Below are positions 51,761 to 64,000 of a stretch of 64,000 nucleotides of DNA, one piece after another. A program made the translations under genes and the position numbers. The DNA comes from Octopus sinensis (taxonomy: Eukaryota), in the NCBI RefSeq assembly GCF_006345805.1, contig NC_042999.1, positions 33,232,001 through 33,296,000 on the forward strand, in the 5' to 3' direction. Below the pieces are notes generated by a model. It saw only the letters and a list, made by a program, of their open reading frames with translations. It did not search any database and was not told where the DNA came from. Within the stretch, counting starts at the first letter, position 1. Each line of letters starts with the position of its first letter.

Positions 51761-54700
51761 ACTGTTTATGGTGCATTGAAGCTGCATTGATGCAGGCTCT
51801 TCTCGGAGTAGCTGAAAAGGTATAAAAGTTGCCAGGTGCTTATTTTTCAAAATTATGTTTCTTAATTATAGTGTTTTAGTCTAAATAAATGTGGCAATTA
51901 ATATTAATTATGAAAGTCAAATTCGGGCATAATTGTAAAATACAATTGTCCTTTTTGCGACGAAACTTTACGTGATAGGATATTTTCTTTATAATTTTTT
52001 AAATCAGCCGGTAAAAATTAATCAGTTTCACCCAGTAACTGTGAAACAATCTTTTGGTCGCAGAATTACAATGGAATAAACAATGCTACGAATTTAGCAA
52101 TGTTAATTAATTGAAACATAAATGAAAATATAAGGTAGGGAAGTCAGACACATGATAATTTGATCTATAGAAAATAAGGAGTATCAGTTAACAATGTCGC
52201 GGGGGATTTATTGTAGAAGAATTTTCATCACACGTCTGTCATCTGTCTGTCGCCACAACTGAGATAATTTGAGGGCAAGTGTTTTACGCGACAAATACAG
52301 TTATTTGTCTGAACTTTATGTTTTAAGATATTTTTCTCCAGTCGCTTAGTAGTAGTCCAACGTAGCAACGTAACGAAATGTGTTCCAAATTTAAGATCTT
52401 CCATCGGATTCATTAACATATAATTATACTGAAGCACATACGTTTTGGTACTTTTGTTATATAATAGAATATTTCCATTACCAATTCATACTAATCTTCT
52501 TTACATATATTGCTTTTAAACATTAACAAATCATTTATTTAGTAACTCGCGGAGAGAAATCCTTATTTCATGTAAAATTTTTATTATATATGGTTGAGTT
52601 ACATATTCGCTTTTCTTCAAATTATTACTGGATTTAATACGTTAACTGTAATTATGTGTGAATGCGAGTGTGCTTGTGTGTCTGCCTGTGTGGATGTCTG
52701 TATCTTTGCTAGGTCCTACATTATTTGCAACTACATAAATGTAAATACGGGATTTTACTTCCATTATAATGTAGCACATGTTCAGATTATCTTTTGACAG
52801 TTTAGAAGTACGAATCTACATTTGACGTTCAAACATTAACATAGACACTTTTGTGCATTGCATAAGCAAACATATACACAGCTTTAGAGATGAGCGTATA
52901 CAGTAGAATGCATCAAGTGATATATTGAAAGAAAAAAATTATCTCTCTACAGCGCTTAATTTAACAATTGCCAATCTGTTACACTCAGAAGTGACCAAAT
53001 AGCTAAAATCGATACCTGAATAGAAAACATCAGACAGTTACACATGCAGCTGTGATGGTAACATATCTGGAGGTGAAGAACCAGTGAAATCTTGTGGCAA
53101 CTATAAGTGAATAGAATATGTGAGAAGCGACTGTAGATGTGCATGCTCTTGTGAGATTATCTACAAACGTGTTGAAGAGCACTGCCAATATCCGTTCGTA
53201 TTAATTTAAGTACTTTTATCAATAGATCAAGACAAAACCGCTGCGTGAGAAACGAAAAGAAGGCTATTACTTTTGCACAGTGTGCATATCGTGTAATTAT
53301 TGATTCAGTAGAAGTAACTTTATTAGTTGTCCGTCTGTCTATCAAGGCCTTTGATAAGTTTTACCCTGCTTCTTTTGTTGCGAATTCGTTGTTATTCTTA
53401 GAAAACTTCAGAGTTACGAGGCGAATATATTCCGTTTTATACAAACACAACTAATTATTTCTTTTTATTTCTTTCAGCATTATACAATCATGTTTTGTAT
53501 AATACACAGGACTACTCAGGAAAATATTGTTTCTCTCCACTTATCATAATGGAGACGTTGATATATACAATGGTGAATTGAGCTGATTGCAATTTTATGC
53601 TTTGTTCTTGATTTTCAGGAAGAATTATGTGCCAGCGAGTTTGAACTTAAACAAATCTAAATAATCAGTATCCTATCATTAATGCCTTATATGCCTTAGA
53701 ATATAACTTGTTCTTATCTAAAAATTGCGACACTCAGTATTGCTTACTCTAGAGAACTATTACTGAATATCTCTCGTTGAGAGATTTACAAATAGTAATT
53801 TTCAACTCAATATTGTTATACTTACCAGATGACGGAGCAGCTGAAGAACTGGTAAAACGGTTCTAGTTTGAAGTGCTACATATCTGGAAACAGTCAAGTT
53901 AAACTATACGAATTGTCGATAATTCCCGACTCAACACAAACGCACATTTATTGTGGAGTTAAATTACGCCTTATAGTTCGCGCTGATGAGGGATCATTAA
54001 AAATCGGTTTTGTTATGTAGTCGTTTATAAAATTGTCTCATGCTTTGGTTTTAACTGTATGCAAATACAACGTTTATCAGTGGATGTATCCGTTCAGAAA
54101 GATATTTGAACCTGATGCTGAAAACTCAGGTTCAATGTTTTCCAGTTGTTTACTAATGTTGTTTACGAAGCAGGTAATCTTTAGGTGAATCAATATTTGT
54201 TTTTCATGTACAGTAAAGGAGTTCGATTACTGGAAATTTAGGGCAATTGCATACAGCAGACGCAGAAAGTTATCCGTTACCTAGTAAGTGAAACTGTTTC
54301 AACCGTAATAACCAGAAAACAGCTGTTGCTCATATCAATAAATTTGGATCTCGACTACGGTGTGCTCAATGAGTTCGTTCGTAGATAGAAATAAAACATT
54401 TCCTTACAGGGCATGTGTCCAATGGAGTTACATTTCTATGTATTATTTGATATAATTTAGGCACAAACTAAGAAATGGTGTTAATGGATAATTACTTACC
54501 ATGTCGCAATGGACTTTAAAACCACTTTTCATGTATTAATAGTCCAAACAGTTAATATCCATGTTTTTCCAACATTGGTACATATATATGGGAGAAGATA
54601 ATTTGATCTACCAATTAAAACCTAAAGGTAAATGACTTTTCGTATCTGTCTTGGTAATATAATGGTTATCACAAAAGTTGTAATGAATGAATTAGTACTA

Positions 54701-55138
54701 GTTTTAAGGATTACTTATTCCCATTTTTTTACGTTTGAATTGTAGTAAATATTTAATACTTCCAATAATTCGATCTTCGATCCTTTATTTCTGAAAAAAA
54801 AAATAAACAACACACATGTTTTGAGGGGATTACAGGCCCCATGATATCTAGTCATTGTCTCACTCATTAGACAAGATATATGGTTATTGCAACAGTAAAT
54901 GTATGCTACATTATAACAATTAACAAACTGAACGTTGCCACGCAAACGAAGTTATAGGATGTGGAATATTTATTAACTAAATTTCATTAAATAACACGTT
55001 ACCATCTTCAGTAAAGAACACAATAATTTTTCCCCCGTCACAATGACTAAAACTGAAGAGCATCATCACCAGTCAAACATAATAAGACATGAACAATAAT
55101 CTAAGGTTCGAAGTCCACAACTTATCAATCAGTTACAC

Positions 55139-55255
55139 AGCTAGGACTGATGCAGTAAATTCTGATAGAGTTTCGTTACTATGTCAACTATAAACTATGT
55201 CAACTATATATGTCAGCAATATAATAGATTCTGATAGAGTTTCGTTGCTATGTTA
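55139..55255 (+). repeat. Short local tandem duplications
   Basis: attctgatagagtttcgtt(a/g)ctatgt occurs twice, with actatgtcaactata repeated in between. Confidence 0.7.
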
Positions 55256-56825
55256 GCTTCATATATTGTATCTGAATGATAAAAATCATAGGACCGCTAT
55301 TTTGCAATATCATATTACGAATAGACTAAATTGTTACAAATATAAATTGATCACTGTTAATTATATGATCTAGTTATTAAATTAATACATATGGCTTAAA
55401 ATCAGTCAAATGGTTCTGTATAATGTTGGAGCACATTACAAAGCGCAAAAGTATAAAGTAGATATTGAACATATACTTCGGGGATTATTTCGTTTGTTTT
55501 AGGAACAGGTTGATATTTCGGAAGTAACTATTATTGGAAATATTCTGTATTATTTAAAATCTGTCGATTGATGTAAATGAGGTGAAAAATTAAGGAATAT
55601 ATCCATAATCCGGAATACTCTTAATATACATTATAAAAGATATTTGTTCAGTAAGTCATCAAACTGAAGTATATTTTAACTAGATAAATGAATGTAGGTT
55701 ATTACGTTTCACAAAGAGATTCAGACGAATCACAAGGACTTCTATGGTACTGGTCGGATGCTTGTTAAAGTATTCATAGTAAATGAAGAGTAGAAAAAAG
55801 AAACAAAATAACAGCCCATGGTTTCCTTGACGGAGTGAGTTCTGATTTTTAGATTTTATATATATAGATGTGTCATCTTTCCGTTGGAATATATAGGAAA
55901 ATAGCTCTATGTATATAAGTAATGTCATCTTGCTGATAATGATTTATGGACAATATGAAAATGTGATTTGAACTGTATGTAGAAGAAGGTGGGAAAAAAA
56001 CTTTCAAAGTTCCATGGAACATCCATTCTCGTTGGGTTGTCTAGATTTGGAGTCCAAATTTGACAGCATTTTTGATAGTATGATCTGGCATGCATATATA
56101 TAACGTAGTGCACATGTTGTTGGCATTAGTAATAAAATGATCACAGGAATAATGATACATCGGTACAGGAATTCTCAATGATTAGAATACCATTAAGATT
56201 GGACTAAATTTGTCGTAATGACTAGTTAAATCATGTTGATGTTAGTACTTTTTTCTTCCTTCTTGGTCCAAAGAAGCAAACAGAAAAAAAGGCCTAACTC
56301 CAAATAATTTTCCACTGTCATAAAATCAGTATCTTTGTATCAATTGAGAAATTAACATTAATAGAATGGTGCACGTGATGATTGTTGTGGTGAAACATGG
56401 AATCTTCACTCACCGCATTATGATCGAAGACATTTCGCCTGCGATCTTTCATCCATTTTTCTTTATGTATTGCATTTGTGAATAAATGAAGATCCAGTTT
56501 CTTTTCGAAAGTTATTTGAAGTGAGACAGGCTCATATTTTTGTCAAGTTCAGAACAACAATTTCCAAATTTGATTGATAGAGGACTCTTCAGGAAGCTAA
56601 TTATTTGAGTTTTGACATGAAATTTTTCTCCCGAGATTGTCATTACGTGTTATTACTCTAGCACAAATAAAGATTTATAGCAGTCTCTCTTTCACCCATC
56701 CACACTCAGATCCCTTTTCTCCATCTGTAGTACACGGAAAATATTAACATTTCTCCAAGTTTTCTGAAGTTAAAATAAATATATTTTATGCTGAAATATG
56801 AAAGCAATACAAATTATTTTCAAAA

Positions 56826-57235
56826 TACTCTTTTACTTGTTTCAGTCATTTGATTGTGGCCATGCTGGAGCACGGCCTTTAGTCCAGCAAATCGACTCTA
56901 GGACTTAATCTGTATAAGCCTACTACTTATTTTATCCGTCTCTTTTGCCGAACGAGTAAGTTAGAGGAACGTAAACATACTGGGGGGGGGTGAACACAGA
57001 CACACTAATATATACACAACCACACACACACACTCATATATATATATATATATATAATATATATATATATACGACGGGCTTCTTTTAGTTTCCGTCTACG
57101 AAATCCACTCACAAGGCTTTGATCGGCCCGAGGCTATAGTAGAAAACACCTGTCCAAGGTGCCACGCAGTGGGACTGAACCCGGAACCATGTGGTTGGTA
57201 AGCAAGGTACTTACCACACAGCCACTCCTTCGCCT
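56826..57235 (-). mobile_element. Full-length SINE (family 2)
   Basis: Collinear with 27703-28119. Confidence 0.9.
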
Positions 57236-59155
57236 AAAATATAACACTATTTCAAAATATCACTTTTAAATGTATTCATATAAACCTAAAACAAATCGGA
57301 TCTTTTCTGTTTGGCTGCCACTTATCAATTTCTGCACACCCCTCCCAGTTGATTTGATATTTGGAGTTTTGGTGTAGTTGTGTGAAGTAATCACCGGCAG
57401 GAAATTCATTTTCGCCATAAATCAATAAATAAAGAGGTAATAGCCTTTAACATTTGCAAACTTTCGATAGTTTTAGCCTATCGAAAGTCACAGACATATA
57501 GGTGACTGTTTCCATAGTAACAAGCCAAGCTGTCGCCGAACATTCTTTTTTTTTCCTTTTCATAATCGAATGCATTTCCGTGTGTAAAACACAAATTTAC
57601 AAAAATCGTCTGAACATTTAACATACGTAAAGCAAGATTCCACCAATATTTCATTTGTTTACAGTTGACAAGACGTGCTCTCACGCACAAAATAACATCT
57701 TTCAAATCTTCTTTTCTGGCTGGGCAAACATTATCAAACTTTAAATCTCTGTAACGTTTCTAAAGAATATTTCAGGAAAAAACGTGGAAAAATACATCAA
57801 TAAACCGAAGTTTAAATCCTTCACTAAAGTTTTAGAATTTTCTCAGATACAGCCAAATAGATAAGATACAACAAATCTAAACACTATTGACATGGGGAAT
57901 GTCCTGATAAAAAAAAACAGACACCAAGACTCTTTAGTAAAATGGCTTCATAAAAAAGTAAGCCATGACATACATCATGTAAGTTCTACATGTTTTCGGG
58001 GGAATATATATTGAAACCCATGAAGACGCATTCGTTTCGGCATGTTCAAGCATTAAGTTACATAATTTGATTTCATTCGGATATAATTTTATCAAACATA
58101 AAAATAACATCCTGGGTTCTCGCTAGATAACCTATATCAACCGAAAGCTTAAAAGTAAATCCCTTCTTTAATAGATTCATTGAATAGGCTCCAACTCTTT
58201 TATGGCATACTTAAGGAATGATAGCATATCAGGCATATTTGGTCTTTAATGAAAATCCCGCTCGCTATGTCTAACTCACTGATTATACCACGCATTTCTC
58301 AAATAAAAAAAACCTGCACGCTTGACAGCCGAAACACATGATAACGCGTCTTAAAACACAAAAATGTGCTGAGTCGTACAGGCTGTCTGCAAATGTGCAC
58401 GCACATTCAACTATCAAGGGTAAAATTATTTCAGTCCAATCAAAAAACAGCTGGAAATCTATTGGCGCATCTAGCTGTATGCACGCACCGCGTACAAATT
58501 TCTATGTTTTAGCTATTTTGAATGGATATACCCATTACTTATGGGCATAAGGGGTCGGTTTATCGATTTTTAATGGGTTTCTGGAGTGACTGGGGAAAAG
58601 AAAAGATCTTCACGACCACCCTCAGACAGTTTTGAATGCCCATTTTCAAACACCAAACCAGATTTCATACATTCTGTCCTGCGTGGAAAGAAACCTCATT
58701 TCGTTATATACTAGGGAATGTTTAGGTACTGTCCACATCATTCTTCCAGCGGTGCTAAAGTACTTGGTTCCCATTGATGAATAAGCTTTCACCCCCAGGA
58801 AAAAAATATATACACACATATGACAGAGGCATCAGAAAAACAAACCATTTTCTAACTAGCCAATTTGCCTGTCCCAAGATCAGTGACTGATTGTCATCTA
58901 TTTACTATATATTGTGAATTGGATCGAACTACTGCTATCTCTACTGGACAGGTATCCACCACAAAGGATACGCGCAAGGAACTCGAAACCTTACGGTCTG
59001 CTTGATCCATTTGCTGGAAGATGGTAGGTGATCGCTCCCCTACTTGCTATATATAACGTGTGTAGATTGCAACGAATAACCGGCTGGAGAGGGCCTCCTC
59101 CTGAGGTTAAAATTATAGTAACATCAGTTCCTGCGGAACAGCCAATATTACACAC

Positions 59156-59216
<61 letters not shown>

Positions 59217-60984
59217 CGTGCGTGTGTGTGTTGTGTGTGTGATCGTGTGTCTTTATAAATGTTAATATATACATCAACTTTAATACATACTTAAACTGAG
59301 CAATACATTTTTTTATACATACTTTTTGACAAAACAACCAACGTGATTTTTGTATATTATCTATGATCGACGTATATATAAATTGCAAAAGAATATCCTC
59401 GAATAATGTAACCGGTTTACGTTGATTGATATACATGCTACAAGAATTAATATGGTCATTAAATAGCAGTTGTAAAGGAGTTAATCGCTGTTATTTTTTG
59501 TTTTAGTTTAGAGACGATCAATCTACAAGAATTGTATAAAGTTTGTATTCTTATTAAGGCATGCCATGTTATCTAGTGGATCTATGTTTCTATAGAGCAG
59601 AATATCATTTAAAAAGCAGAAAATCGCTAGACAATAGTTAGCGACGTCAATCTCAGATTCATCAAAGCAAATTTATTAGTTCTTTGATTAAAAGTATCTT
59701 TAATATCTTTGCCTCTAAATTAGCATTTAGATGGTTCCTGTCAATGACAGAGAGAAAAGGTATTGGAAAGCTTGGTTGGAAGTAAATTTGCTATAACATT
59801 CCCCTTGACCAGATCTATTCATTATATTCTGCATTGTTCTGTGTATTGTCCAAAGAAACGTTTCGGAAATTGTTATTTAAAACAAATGTATACTTTAATC
59901 ATTTGAATATATTATAATGAACATACAACTGGATTGCATGAGAAAGCCATCACAAGTCTCTCTCTTCTGGTTGAGAGTGTCATGGGTTTTTACGTAGGCA
60001 TATCTTAACACATGTAAATTACAATAAAACTGTAAATACAAAACGCTTATACTAATTGTTAAGCAATCAAGACAATTGTGATTTTATATCCGATGCAAAT
60101 GAAATGAGTTCAAATGTGCATAGCCTCGATAATAACAAGCTATGCATTCTGTATGCAGCTGCATTTAAATGCATTATTAATTTTCTGTAAGAAAATAATT
60201 TCTGGATATTTTGGAAATGAGAAATAAGTGATTTACAGGCATTCGTTTCAGTCCGTTGGTTTTTTTATTTCATCGTTGGTATGATTTGCCTACCATAATA
60301 TTATATGAAATACAATAATGCACCTATTTATCCGAGTTAAGGAGACGATAATACAATATATTTTATTTCAAAACATTACAGTTCAATTTAATGCGCAACA
60401 AAATCATTTGTGAATTATCTAAATATATTTAGCAACAACGCTGTAAAGTATGCCCCATCATACATGAACTTACATTGCTTGTAGAGTCACACCTGAGTTG
60501 AGGAATTCACTAACTCTCATTCATGAATAAAGAGACACAAGGCTGCAATAAGCCTCTTATCGAACCAACAGCACTATCGTAATATCACTATTTAGATAAG
60601 AAGTATGAATTTTTAATTCACATTTCTTAGACGTAATTTCAATACATATGTTGTATGCGTAGTTTATAAGATTAAAGATTAATCCTGGTAGAATTTGAAC
60701 TCAGATTATATTGGGGTATACGGCTAGGCATGTCCTCGGATCTTGGCAGTTTTCTTAATCCTCACAGATTTACATGAAGCAACCTTTATATGTCTACATT
60801 TAGATGGTAAGTCCTGAATGTCTTGTCTTACATATTTTAACACATATTTCCGTGAACACGAAAGAATAGAAAATAACCACTTTTGCGTGAAAACATTATG
60901 CATATTTTAACGCGTAGAGTCAAGAACTTAAACCCATTTACAATAGGATTGATGAAAAAAATAAATATTTGCCTAACAACAAAG

Positions 60985-61015
<31 letters not shown>

Positions 61016-61163
61016 ATGTTTTGGTATATGGCTGTGTGTGTGTGTGTGTGTGTGTGTGTTTGTACAGGAATGTGTTTCGCACTTCCTAAAAGAATAGCGA
61101 TCTATAAATGTCACAGTAATTGTCGAAGCAGATATAATACTTGCACTAATATGAAACAGAGTG

Positions 61164-61204
<41 letters not shown>

Positions 61205-61207
<3 letters not shown>

Positions 61208-61480
61208 GCGTCGGCTGAAAAGTGTATAGGTTCACCAAGATAGTCTCATGGAAAGCATCTCGGTCAGCAGACATGATGTCATCATCACTGCCAACCTGAT
61301 TTACATCAAAAAGTTCTTTTCGTGTTGAGGAACAGATGATTCTCAGATGCGTTCAAATCAGAACAGATGGAGTGATCAATCATTTCAGAGCCACAGTTTT
61401 CTTGGGCGTTTGCTTTTCATAGCCTTCTGTAACGGCCTCATCAATTTGGAATCGTACATTCTATTTATGGTGTGTTCCTC
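61205..61480 (-). mobile_element. Possible mariner remnant
   Basis: ggctgaaaagt..ataggt..ccaagata.tctcatggaa resembles a mariner TIR region; minus-strand LMRPLQKAMKSKRPRKL resembles LxEAIKxKRPGKL. Confidence 0.5.
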
Positions 61481-62762
61481 TTGAATATAGTTAAATAAAC
61501 ACAATGCAAGCTTGTGTCCCCCCCACCAAAAAAATTTTCATAAGCCGCTACTAGTTACGTTTGACGCCTTCTTTTATCAGAGAGATTTCGACTGTTTACT
61601 CGAATGCAACCGATGCAGTTATTAATGAGATGAGTTGAAATCAATGCATCCAAGATTTCACTACTTTACGATCACTGTTTCATAATTAGCCTATATATAT
61701 AGTGTACAACAATATTTAAGGGCACAAAAGCTAACATGGATGTATGTCGAAAGAAGAAGCCAAATACGTCCTACCACTTCACATATTCAATCGAGGTTGA
61801 AAGCGTGATAGCACACTGACTACAAATTCATAAAATAATTCAAATTGATCAATTTCTGGATTAGTTTGGTTACTCTTCCTCCATCAGCAAGACATACTAA
61901 GCGAAATAAATGAAAATATTTATACTTACCCTCAGAAAAGCATACGCAAAATGGGAGTACATACAAATACTCACAAATATATGCGCATCCAATTTCGCAG
62001 TCCACCTCAACACGTGTGTGAATATCTGAAGTGGCAGAGGAGTTTCATAGATTCTGAGAGATCGCAGACAGCTTAAGTATCGAGGTCAGCAGTTATACTA
62101 CATACACATTTAGAAACATATATGTGTATTTCTATCGGTGATACACTTAGTTGCATCATAACACAAATATGATTTTCATAATTTTGTAATTGTGCCATTT
62201 AGATTTCGAATATTATGTGCACCATTTTCTCGTAATGGTTTAGTGTAATATGTTACATTGTGATTTAATACATTAAACATGAAAATTTATGCTATTTTGA
62301 TACCTGAAAATGGTAACTCGCGTTACGTAGGAAAATCACTGCACCTGTCAGTTGCTCTTCAAATTCCAACTTACATAATTGCATTTGACACTTCAAACAC
62401 GGAAACGTTTCTTAAGTTGATTATGAAGTGTGATCAAAAGCTATCAGTTTACTTCTTTTTAGTATTTCTCGCATTCTAAAGTGAACCAATACAATTACTA
62501 TTCGATTTGGTAGTTTTTAAGTTACAGCTAAATTCATCTTACTTCACGAAATATCTAATACGTTTTCTAATCATAAGTGTCGTGTAATAAGTAAATGATT
62601 GCAGCCTCAAGCGAAAGTACCTTTCTTCCTAGCAAAGTACCATAGCGATAAATGAGTACTATATTTCTATCTAAATAACACTCATTAGTATTCCGCTTCC
62701 AAAATTTTAAATGTCTATCCTTTCGTTCGATTTTATTTTCTTTCTAATATATACTGAGATGA

Positions 62763-62930
62763 TTCCGTCTGTCTTTACGTTCCGAGTTCAAATCCCGCCG
62801 AGGTCGACTTTGCCTTTCGTCCTTTCAGGGTTGATAAATTAAGTACCTTTTGCATACTGGGGTCGATCTAATCGACTGGCCCCTTCCCCTAACTCTAATT
62901 TCGGGCCTTGTGCCTAGAATAGAAAAGAAC
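62763..62930 (+). mobile_element. 5'-truncated SINE (family 1 related, alternative 3' end)
   Basis: gttccgagttcaaatcccgccgaggtcgactttgcc...ggggtcgatctaatcgac. Confidence 0.82.
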
Positions 62931-64000
62931 AGATATTGAGTCGGCCAAAATATCAGTTCGATTTTTGACGACGCTGAACGTCATGCATTGCATACTAGCA
63001 AGTAGTTAACATAGGTTTGCACATTTTCCGTGGGCACTCATTATATACTTGTCCCTTCAACGTAATTCGAGGCTAAATCTGTGACAAGAAGGGTTGTATT
63101 TGGCTTACTTATAGTTACACTGAAAACAGAGGGCGAGACGAACGTTAGCGACACCGCATGCTTTTCTGTTTAAAAAAAAATGGTAAGCAAGAAGTCATAG
63201 AATCGTGCAGGAAGATATGCACTGTCTATGGAAGGAATGCTGTTCTGGAAAGTGTGTGCCAGAATTAGTTTTCAAGATTTCGATCAGGAGACGTTTCGCT
63301 TCAAACCCCTTTTATGTCCAGGAATATTGCATATATTTAACATATATCAAAATCGAGTTCTGAAAAACCATGTGTGTCAACTTGATTACGTCACCGCCCT
63401 TGCCGATTGGGACCTACAACAATTGTATGAAGCTTACCGTGTCCAGTCGAATTCTATCTGCCATTTATTTGCAGAAATATGAAAAACAAATATCCTGTTT
63501 TTCAAGAGAATATTGCCAAGTACGAAATATGAAATGTCTATAACAATATTTGGAGGAGGAGCGGTGGACCACCACAAGCAAATTCGAAATTAAAGCTTTA
63601 CCAAAAGAAGACTAAATATTCTAAATAGTAGAACCTTTATTTCAACAGATTTATGATAGCAAATAAGTTACCTGTTGACACTGGAATACGTTGCATTCTG
63701 ACAATTTAAAGAGAAACTTAAAAGTACCAATCTGCAGTGGAGCGGCTGGTCTGTGAAAGTTATGGGCACAGTCCCAACAGCCTTATTCAGTAAATGAAGG
63801 ATATGTTATATCATTTGCGACTATTTTATCATTTACGTTGCATTACGTCTCCACATCTGGCTTTCATAGGAATAATTTAAATATAAAGCCAATCACGTTG
63901 CTCTCCTTTTTATTTGGAAACTAAATGTCATCAGTTATCATATCAAAAAACAATAAAAAGAATTGATGCAATGTTTTGTGCATAAATCATGAAGCTTTTT

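Noticed and set aside
53619-53660. Good-looking splice acceptor followed by EELCASEFELKQI*
   Set aside because: Too short to distinguish from chance; no linked exon. The same applies to the YTCSC-containing stretch near 53030 and acceptors near 41998.
53841-54000. Isolated CTGAAGA and CTGATGA heptamers
   Set aside because: No properly spaced stem II, GAAA or GUH with a stem I partner.
63228-63482. 84-aa ORF of normal composition
   Set aside because: No recognisable family; this length is expected by chance in 64 kb.

Overview
AT-rich, microsatellite-dense eukaryotic DNA with no confidently identifiable host protein-coding exon. The SINE families and repeat landscape look like an octopod cephalopod genome (inference from sequence recognition, not a database hit). 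Content: a 5'-truncated CR1/L2-group LINE with one frameshift (4.1-5.8 kb); a decayed ~5.4 kb Penelope-like element with RT, Cys linker, GIY-YIG and a ~2 kb CA-rich 3' region (6.4-11.9 kb); a decayed probable Chapaev3-type transposon; mariner, RTE and HERO-like remnants; an 8-bp-TSD MITE carrying TTAGGG repeats; and about 15 tRNA-derived SINE copies. The main signal is a set of at least 6 small asymmetric inverted-repeat elements in (TA)n tracts, from 3-4 sequence families. Most carry outward-facing type I hammerhead ribozyme motifs (stem I-CUGANGA-stem II-GAAAC-short, often palindromic stem III-GUH-stem I). One family has a compensated U3-A8 core. Two collapsed copies fold back within about 1-5 nt of the predicted self-cleavage site. 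Most ORFs in the supplied track are microsatellite artefacts. All structures were read by eye; none was computed or tested.
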